Of a DNA stretch of 64,000 nucleotides, positions 52,518 to 64,000 are shown piece by piece. Under the pieces are notes generated by a model. It was not told where the DNA came from and searched no databases. It saw nothing but the letters and a program-made list of their open reading frames with translations. Numbering within the stretch: position 1 is the first letter of the stretch; every line of letters starts with the position of its first letter. This DNA comes from the human T2T-CHM13v2.0 reference genome, Homo sapiens. The position numbers and the translations under genes are program-made. Where the stretch lies: NCBI RefSeq assembly GCF_009914755.1, contig NC_060946.1; one strand, written 5' to 3'.

Positions 52518-53749
52518 ACGTGAGGCATATTTCTATTGATGTTAATATGTGTGCTTCTCTTGGTAGATAGACAAGAACTAGAGGTGATGGTCTTTTTTCA
52601 CAGGTGAAATAGGCTAAATTAGCGTGTTAGAGCACTGCCTGGTTTGGTTTAATTTCTGTGATTTCCTAGTGTTTTCATTTTAAACTCAGTTTGCTAGAAA
52701 TTCTTGGATCTTGCTATTTGATTTTGAAGTATTCCTTTAGGAAATGGTAATTAAAAATTAATTACTTCCTTTAAGAATTTACAGACAAAGTGCATCACCA
52801 TGTTTTTTTGAGCATCAGTTTTTAAAATAATCTCAAGAAATTGAAAGGATGTAGGATTTAGTTGTGAAATGTTTTTACGATATTATATATTTAAAGATAC
52901 TTCTGTAGCTCTATTTTATAATAAAAGGGAAGCATCAGTACTCAAAATTGGGGAATTATAAATTAGCAGTAAAGTCCGTGTTTCACAGTGTCACTTGGAA
53001 GGGCAGCTATTTTGAGGTCTCTGTGTGGTATAGTAATTGAGAAAGAAAGTTGAGAATGTACTGTGTTTTATAATTGGTGATCCTGATGGGGCGGGCAGTG
53101 TGGCGCTCCAGAGCTGCTGTGCTGTGGTGGGCGGAAGGAGGTTTCTCTTTTAATGATATATGCTAAATAAAGAAGCAAAGGGGAAGTGCTGTACAAATGC
53201 TGTGATTAAATAACTATTAGAATGGAGCCAGCCCCTCCACCATGTGCTGGATTTCATCGCCACTTGCCCACGCAGAAGCTTTTCTCCTGAAATTATCCCC
53301 TTGCTCTCAGGCAGCCTCTGTTTTTTTCCTCTTTACTCCATCATTTTCATCAGCAAGTAATATGCCCTCCCATTTTTCATTTAAAAATATCTTCTTTTGA
53401 CTCCATGTCCCCGTCAGTCCAGTATCTCGTTTTTCTGCTCTATCCCAAATGTGCTACAAAAGATGTATTTAGTTTTTACAATATATGGTAAAAGATTATT
53501 TCATCCTTCACAGGATTACTTTCCACTGAAGCAGGTAGATGACCTAAGAAAAAATTTAACGGAGCAGATATCTGAAACTACTTTTATGAACCAGTTTGTC
53601 ATTGAGGAGTAAATTGGTTATTTGGTTGTTAGCTTGGCTATTCACTCATATTCACTAGGCAGAGAGGGCAGATTCTTACAGACCTGTTACATGTTAGCTG
53701 TATTAAATGTTGTTCTTAATTTAGGTAGTTGCATTTGTATGAGTTTAAT

Positions 53750-55345
<1,596 letters not shown>

Positions 55346-56194
55346 TATTTAATTTTTCAGTTGTGTTCCTATTTAGTAGATAGCTTGTGTTTCGCCACAG
55401 ATGTTATTGGAAGGATATTATTGAGGCAGGAAGGAAAATGGAAAGGAAGTAATATTTCTCATCACCTTGAAAACGGCAGCTAGTGAAATGACCGAATTTT
55501 AGTTGGAATTCAGCAATGAAATTTGGATTCAACAGTGAAACTTAGAAAAAATTTTATGGTGTGTTAGTTCAAACCTAATACAAATAATCTTTTAAAAAGT
55601 ATTCTGGTTCCTAACAAAGCGCCTGTACTTTTTTGACTCTTTCTCTGTGAGAACTTTATTCTAGGTAGATTTTTTAGCAGGGTATGTGTGCCAGTTTTTT
55701 GTTACCACACTTGAGGTAAGAACTGTAATTACATTGTCAAAATAATATTTAGAGTATTATTTTCAGGGAATAATTGCAGTGGTATGACGAATATATTATG
55801 CCCATCAAATTTTATGTAAACACAAGCATGAGTTATTTTAATTGAGTTATTGGTGTTGTTTTTGGCCTTTATTCTTTCTTACTCTGTAAAAATAATGTTG
55901 GGATTTTTGAGGGTCTTCATAACATTTGCAGTATTTACATAAAGATCAGTTGATAAGCTGTTTGGTAAAGTAAACTGTCATTTGTACCTGTCTGGAGTTT
56001 TCTTTTCTTGTGTCTGGGACATCTTTAAGCCTTTTCCTTTTCAGAATTGTGTTCTGATCCTGAGCATTAATCTTATGTGCCTGATGAGTTGTTGGATCAG
56101 TTGGTTTTCAGATCAACCTATACTGTTGGCTTTTTGCATGTTCAGTTTTATACAGATCTGAGTGTTAATATTCTAAAATATTCAGTAGAAATCT

Positions 56195-56920
<726 letters not shown>

Positions 56921-57008
56921 TAATAACATGGAGAATATTTCTTAAGATGCATTTATTTATTGTGTTTAATCATTTATTTATTTATTTATAACTTTTATAT
57001 ATTCTTAG

Positions 57009-57105
57009 CTTTTCGCTGTGGCCTGCAGTTTTTAGGCAACATTGCCTCACGGAATGAAGATTCCCAGTCTATTGTTTGGGTGCATGCTTTCCCAGAACTG
57101 TTTTT
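57009..57105 (+). CDS. ATXN10: Ataxin-10 exon 4 (AFRCGLQFLGNIASRNEDSQSIVWVHAFPELF), 97 nt
   Basis: Acceptor attcttag|, donor TTT|GTGAGT. Phase 1-2 fits its neighbours. Not in the ORF track; translated by hand. Confidence 0.96.
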
Positions 57106-59415
57106 GTGAGTATATTGATAAGCATTTTTCTAACTTGTGAGAAGATTGTGGCTATATTTTTCCATTTTATATAAAGTTCGAAAACAGGAAAAAGTAACCC
57201 ACTGTAATAGAGTTCAGGATAGTAGTTGTTCTTGGTGGGTGGGTACCAGCTGGGAGAGGGCACTAGGGAAACACCTGGGTCCTGGAAGTGTTCGTCTATA
57301 TCTTGACCTTGGTGGTGGTTACATGGATGTATACATATCCAAACTTTGTTCATTGAGCTGTATGTACACTTAAGATTTATGCCCTTGATTGTATATCAGT
57401 TTACTTTTACAAAAATAAAGTCATGGATAAAGTAAGTAATATTGTTAAGGACACTGAAATTTATAAGAAACACAATTAAAATAGAGCATCAAAGTATGGG
57501 CAATGAATTAAAATTGTTTATGTATTGAATACTGATATGCTGAGCACAATGCTGTATGTTTTGGAAGATAAGAAGAAGATGTGGATAAACAATCAGTTTA
57601 TCCATGTAAGAAGTGAGTAACCAGTCCATTTATCAGTGTAAGATGTGGGTAACCATTCCATTTGTCTCGATTGGATCCTGGTACTTTTTCTGGTGATTCT
57701 ACTTCTTAAAAACCAGCTCTGTTCATAAGAAATTGAGCATTGAGGTAAAAGGTGAGCAGGGAATAGAGTCAGTATACCTAGTAGGAAAGGCACAGTCTGG
57801 GAGTGGGAGACCTGGCTTTGAATCTAGGCTTTGGTGCCAATGAATGGGGTGACTTTGATGGTTGCAACAGTATAAGCAGCACAGCAGGGTAGCAGCTGTT
57901 GTGTACATACCCTGAACTGGGCATTATCCGTATATTTTTTCTGTTCTCACAATAGCCTGCAGAGTAAGTGTTACTGTCTCCCCATTTGGACAGATGAGAG
58001 ACCTGAAGCTCATCACTGGTAAATGGCAGAGGTAGAGTGTAAACCCATTGCTGCCATCTGGATCTAAAGCCTATCTATGCTCATTGTAAATACTGTGCTG
58101 CTTAAATTCCGTAATGCCCTTCCTTGTTGTACAGCTTTCCTGGGCTCCTCTGTGAAGTATAGCGTTAAGATGGGATAAACTCTAATTCACCTGTAGCTCA
58201 TGGAATTTCTCAAATTCCTGCAAATAATTAAGAGTTGAAGGTGTATATATATTAATGTTACATATATTAATGATATTTGAGCTTAGGTGGAAGAAGAGAA
58301 TTACGAAATTCAAGCTACAGAAATAGGCATTGCTTATTTTTGAGAATTCATTCCCTTAAAACGTTTTGGATACCTAATATCTGCCAGGTTTTGGGATAGA
58401 TGATTAGAATGTGGTGGTAACTTATATATTCGTTATTCCTGAAGGATTTCATTCTTTGGTTGGGGAAGTAAAGGAACAGGCACATAGGTTGTGATGTAAG
58501 AACTAAGGTAATTAGGGCAAATCCAGGGTGTAATAGAAAAACAAGGGAGAGGCTTAAGTGTAGGTCAGTCAGAGAAGTCTTAACAGTTTACATGTTGCTT
58601 TTAGATGATCTCATTTGATCGTCATTAAAAACCCTGTGAAATAGAGGTTTTGTTATTGTATTTTATTTTTTATACCAGAAAACATATTAAGAGAGGTTCT
58701 TTGCCTTCACTTTTTATGCATTTATGGGACAGATATAACCAAATTTGAATTCCAGTTTTGTCAGGTGCTGGCTTTGTGCTATTGGCCAAGTGAAGCTAAC
58801 AAATTCTTTATCTGAAATAGATGAATAATACCTCCTTCAGAAGAGTATTATGAAGTTTAAATGAAAAAAAATCCTGCCATATTGCATAACCCATGATATA
58901 ATTGACAATCAATATGTCAGTGACCTTCCCCAGGTCACCTGGCTGATAGCTAGAGGAGCTAGGAGTTATAGCGAGGCTCCTGACTCCAAATTCTATTTCT
59001 TGCCCCACTATACCATCTCTCCTGTAGGCATCTTGTCCCTAAGGACTATTAAAGCAGTGCCAGCAGTCATTGAGGTATCATTTTGTACCTGTCGATTTTT
59101 TCTTTCTAACAAGAATGAACATTTTAATGTTTTATAAATGTAATCATTCTAATCTTTTTCTCTAATGGTAAGTTATTTGCCTTTTGCCTTCTGAGTTCTA
59201 TGTCAACTTCAACTTTAATATTTTGGATACTTTTTATTGTGACTAAGTTTATATTTACTATTTTTACAGTAAATAATCTACTTATTTTAAAGTGCTATAA
59301 TTCTAAATCCTCAAAAGTATTAGCATGTAGTGAATTTGACAATGGTATTACTGTTATTTTTGTGTTTTATCATGTTACTAAATTGGGCTAACAATCTCAT
59401 TTCCTTGTTTGGAAG

Positions 59416-59574
59416 GTCTTGCTTAAATCATCCGGACAAAAAAATTGTTGCCTACTCTTCAATGATTTTGTTTACATCCCTTAATCATGAAAGAATGAAA
59501 GAACTGGAGGAGAACCTCAATATTGCAATTGATGTCATAGATGCTTACCAAAAACATCCTGAATCAGAATGGCC
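59416..59574 (+). CDS. ATXN10: Ataxin-10 exon 5 (LSCLNHPDKKIVAYSSMILFTSLNHERMKELEENLNIAIDVIDAYQKHPESEW), 159 nt; gene continues beyond the window
   Basis: Acceptor ttccttgtttggaag|, donor GCC|GTAAGT. Lies within ORF 59330..59578. Confidence 0.96.
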
Positions 59575-60257
59575 GTAAGTATCTTGTTAGAAATTTGATT
59601 GCTTTGGGGCATCCTGACAGATCACTTTCCTTGCAGAGGTTTTAAGTAAAAATTTGGACATTGTGATAATTGAACGATAAGTTAAAACTTAACATGTGTT
59701 GACAGAATTAGAGAAGATTTTGAGCAGAATCTAGAGAACTTGTGAATGAGGTGAATAAAGTGAGGCTTGAATTGAGCCTTTAAGGACAAAGAGAATTCTT
59801 TAAGGTGGTGAGGAGCGGGAAAGACATTCTTGGTGTATGAAAAAACAGTGTGAAATGCCCAGGCACCTTTGGAGTGCACAGATAAGACTGTTGTGGCTGC
59901 AGTAGCTAGTTCATTAGATCAGAGGTTGGTGCGAGCCTTGTAAGCATCTGTGCAGATGAGATAGAGACTGCCATTCAAATTGCCCCCCGATACATAATGT
60001 ACTGCCACCCTTCATACATAATGTGTTATTTCTCTGTGATTGCTTTTAAGATTTTTCTTTGTCTTTTCAGAGGTTAATTATGGTATTGGCATAGATTTCT
60101 TTGGGTTTACTCTTTTTGGGGTTTCCTCAACTTCTTGAATCAGTAGATTTATGTCTTTTGCCAAATTGGGGAAGTTAATTTGGAAAATTTTCGCTGTTAT
60201 TTGTTTGAATACTTTTTTTCAGGCCCTTGTTCTCTCTCCACTTCTTCTGGGACTCCA

Positions 60258-60787
60258 TGTTTTAGGCGCACACACAGTCCAAGGCAGGGCCAAGGCTGTG
60301 GCTCAACTGATGGGACTGTGAAAATAATACAAGTTACAACAATCTACTTTTAGGTTTAGACAGTTTGTTACTTATATAGACAGAGAAAAGAAGAAGCCAA
60401 AGGGGCCAGCTCCTCCTGATCCTTGTCCCAGACACCACAAAGACCTGGATGATTAGGATATGAATTGTGAGGTATCCCACTCCTGAGGAGGCCTTCTTGA
60501 CTGTTTAAAGAGGCATTATATGCTAAGAGGGGCAAGGCAGAAAGCTCTGTACCTCATTAGCACCAAACTCATTAGAACCTGTCCCATGACAGCCTCCCCT
60601 AGGAGACAGAAGAGCAAAAAGGATACAGCCTCAGAAGCCTCAGGCCCCTCCCATCTCGGGTTCCAGGAGGATCACAAGCTATTCAGCAGGCAAGACTCAG
60701 ATTAGCCGCTGTTCAAGCTCTGGCATGCATGGTATATATGGATACATCCAAGGTCACCAGGGCACTATGTGGAGCTGTTCCCCTAGA
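60258..60787 (-). mobile_element. ERVL solo LTR (MER74-group-like)
   Basis: TG start, ggtcaccagggcac...ggagctgttccccta end, 5-bp TSD ctcca/ctctg. Confidence 0.6.
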
Positions 60788-62553
60788 CTCTGAAGATACA
60801 AGTGTTAGTCTTCTGTTGTTGTTTTGTAAGTGCCTGAGGCTCTGTTCAGTGCTTTTTTTTTTTTTTTTCCAGTCCATTTTCTCTCTTTGCCAGTACTACA
60901 GTGTCTTGATTACCGTAATTTTATAGTAAATTTTGAAATCAGGAAGTGTGAGTTTTCCAACTTTGTTCTTTTTCAGTTTTGTTGTCCTGGGTCCCTTCTG
61001 TTTCCATATTAATTTTAGGATCAACTTTTCAATTTGTTAAAAAAAAAAAACAGCTGGAATTTTGATAAGAATTACATGAATCTGTAGACCACCTTGGGGG
61101 AATATTGCCATCTTACCTAGATTAAGTGTTCCAATCCATGAATAGAGGATATTCATTTATTTATTTAGGCCTTTTAAATTTTCGTCAGTTATGTTTTGTA
61201 GTTTTTAGTCTATGAGTTTTGGGTGTCGTTAGTTCAGTTTATTCTAAGTATTTTATTCTTTTTGATGGTATTGCAAATGGAAGTCTTTCATTTTTGGATT
61301 GTTCATTGCTAATGTGTAGAAATACAACTGATTTTTGTATATTAATCTTATATCCTGCAATCTTTCTTCCTGAACTTATTTATAGTTTTAGTAGATTTTT
61401 TTGTGTACGTGATTCTTAGGATTTTTTCTGTACAGGACCGTGCCATCTGCAAGTAGGTAATATTTTTTTCTTTCCAGTTGGGTTGCCTTTTCTTTCTTTT
61501 CCTTGCCTAGTTGCCCTGACTGGAAATTCCAATACAATGTTGAGTAGAATTGGTGAGAGCAGACATATGTTTCTTATTTAAGATCTTAGTGGGGCAGTCT
61601 TTCAGTGTGCTGTTGCCTGTGGGGTTTTCTAAGAAGCCCTTGCTCAGGATGATAAACTTTTCTTCTACTTCTACTGATTTTCTTTTACTTGTTGAATGTT
61701 TTTATTATGAAAGTCTATTTTATCAAATATATTTTGTGTCTGTTGAGATAGTCATATGGCTTTGTCTTTTAGTCTATTAATACTTTGTCTAACAGTGATT
61801 TTTATACTTTAAATCAACTTTGGATTCCTGAGATAAATCCTACTTGTTCATAGTGTATAATCCTTTTTATATGTTGCTGGATTCGGTTCATATTTTGTTG
61901 GGGATTTTTGAATCTATATTCATAAGGCATATTGGTTTGTAGCTTTTTTTTCTTTTTGTGATTTCTTTTTCTGGTTTTGGTATCAGGTAAATACTGACTT
62001 TACAGAATGAGGTCTTGTTTTGTTTTGTTTTTGGAAGACTGTAAAGGATCGGTATTCATCTTTAAATATGTGGTAGAATTCACTGGTGAAGCCATCTGGT
62101 CTTGGGCTTTTTATCATGGGAAGGGTTTTGGTTACTAATTCAAACCTGTTACTTGTTACAGGTCTTGGTTTTTTTTTTTGAGACGGAGTCTCACTCTGTT
62201 GCCCAGGCTGGAGTGCAGTGGTGCGATCTCGGCTCACTGCAACCTCCGCCTCTTGGGTTCAAGCAATTCTCTGCCTCAGTCTCCTGAATAGCTGGGATTG
62301 CAGGTGCCCGCCACCACACCCGGCTAATTTTTTTTGTATTTTTAGTAGAGACGGGGTTTCACCATCTTGGCCAGGTTGGTATTGAACTCCTAATCTCATG
62401 AGCCACCTGCCTCAGCCTCCCAAAGTGCTGGGATTACAGGCGTGAGCCACCGCGCCCGGCCTCCACTTGTTACGGGTCTATTCAGATTGTTGTCTTCTTG
62501 GGTTGGTTTTGGTAGTTTGTGTCTTTCTAGGAATTTGCCTGTTTGGTCTAGGC

Positions 62554-62900
62554 CGGGGGTCCTCCAGCCCCCGACCTGTGGACTGGTACCTGTCCATGGC
62601 CTGTTAGGAACAGGACCACATAGCACAAGATAAGCAGCAGGCAAGCAAGCATTCCTGCCTGAGCGCCACTTCTTGTCAGATCATCAGCCACATTCGATTC
62701 TCTTAGGAGCACAAACCCTGTTGTGAACTGCGCATGCGAGGGATCTAGGTCTCACACTCCTTATGAGAATCTATTACAACTAATGCCTGTTGATCTGAGG
62801 TAGAACAGTTTCTTCCTGAAACCGTCCCCCCACCCCTGTCTATGGAAAAATTGTCTTTCATGAAACCAGTCCCTGGTGCCAAAAAGGTTGGGGACCACTG
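62554..62900 (+). mobile_element. MER1B hAT-Charlie MITE
   Basis: Perfect 8-bp TSD gtctaggc; ccctggtgccaaaaaggttggggaccactg terminus. Confidence 0.9.
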
Positions 62901-64000
62901 GTCTAGGCTGTCTAATTTGTTGGCACAAATTGTTAATAGACCCTTAGAATTTTTTTATTTTTGTAAGATTGGTAGGAATGTCCCCTCTTCATTCCTGATT
63001 TTAGTAATTTGAGTCTTCTCTTTTTTCTTGTTCACTATAGCTAAAGGTTTGTTAGAGTTTTTGCTCTTTTCGGAGAACCAACTTTTGGTTTTGTTGATTT
63101 TCTTTACAGTTATTCTCTATTTCATTTCTTTTTGCTGTAATCTTTATTATATTCTTTCTTCTGCGTGCTTTGGGTTTGGTTTGCTCTTCTTTTTCTAGTT
63201 TCTCAAGATGGAAGGTTAGGTTACTGATATGAGATCTTCTGTCTTTTTTACATAGGCATTTACATCTACAAATTTCCTGGTAGGAACTACTTTAGCATCC
63301 CATAATTTAGGATTCTGTAAATTTTGGTGTTTGTGCTTTTACTTTCATTTATTTCAAATTATAGTCCAATTTCCTTTGTGACCTATTGGTTATTTGGGAG
63401 TTTGTTGTTTAATTTCCACATATTTGTTTATTTTCTAAATGTCCTTTTGTTACGGTTTTCTAATTTTATTCCATGTGGCCAGAGAACCCACTTTATATGA
63501 TTTCATTCTTTTTGACATTACCTAGGCTTCTTTTATGGCCTGACATGTGGTCTGTCATAGAGAATGTTCCATGTACACTTGAATAGAATGTGTATGCTGC
63601 TGGTTTTGGTGGCATGTTCTGTAGATATCTATTAGGTCTGGTTGGCTAGATGGTTGATAGTGTTGTTTAAATCTTCTGTTTTCTTGCTGATCTTCTGTTC
63701 TAGTTCTTTTCATTATTGAAAGTGAATTATTGTGCATTTTTTCCTTCAGTTCTGTCAGTTTTTGCTTCCCTTATTTTCATGCTCTGTTAAGTACACACAC
63801 ACGTTTATATTTATTATTGTTATACCTTCTTGATGCATTGACCCTTTCTCATTATAAAATTTATCACAAATTTTGTTGTTTATGTTTTAACAATATCCTG
63901 TTTTTTAAAAAATCTATTTTTCCATATCTTTTGCACATAGTAGTCAGTGTGTGATTAGGCCACAGATTTTCTCCAGGGAGTAAGCCTTGAGCACCTGTAA

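Larger units (their letters stand above)
60030..63860 (-). mobile_element. Fragmented old L1M with an Alu at 62168-62461 (-)
   Basis: [12 protein letters not shown] and LSIMKRTRT L1 ORF2-like peptides on the minus strand. Confidence 0.8.

Noticed and set aside
53088-53115. CTCF-like GGGCAGTGTGGCGC
   Set aside because: Spacing is one base longer than the CTCF core.
59575-59586. Possible U12-type donor (GTAAGTATCTT)
   Set aside because: GTAAGT is a perfect U2 donor; the U12 consensus GTATCCTT is not matched.

Overview
Primate (human-type) genomic DNA. It holds about 28 kb of repeat-dense upstream sequence, then the CpG-island promoter and the first five coding exons of ATXN10 (ataxin-10) on the + strand: 28791-28906, 46437-46628, 49721-49803, 57009-57105 and 59416-59574. 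All junctions are GT-AG, and the exons give 647 coding nt, from MAAPRPPPARLSGV to KHPESEW. The gene runs off the right end, so the SCA10 ATTCT repeat (intron 9) is not in this window. Most of the remainder is interspersed repeat: about 45 Alus, decayed L1, L2 and MIR, MaLR LTRs, an ERVL pol remnant, a 5'-deleted MER57 provirus with a recognisable env ISD, and hAT MITEs (MER20, MER58, MER3, MER1B). Repeat subfamilies were assigned by eye and their boundaries are approximate. I cannot show a new biological system. The best candidates for a second look are: a compact structured element with a degenerate hammerhead-like fold in intron 1 (36354-36415); a candidate poison exon (41838-41923); a 150-bp tandem duplication in the promoter; a duplicated hairpin+PPT in the MER57 provirus; an inverted L2-derived duplication; an orphan CpG island; and intron phases that would make most ATXN10 exon circles stop-free.
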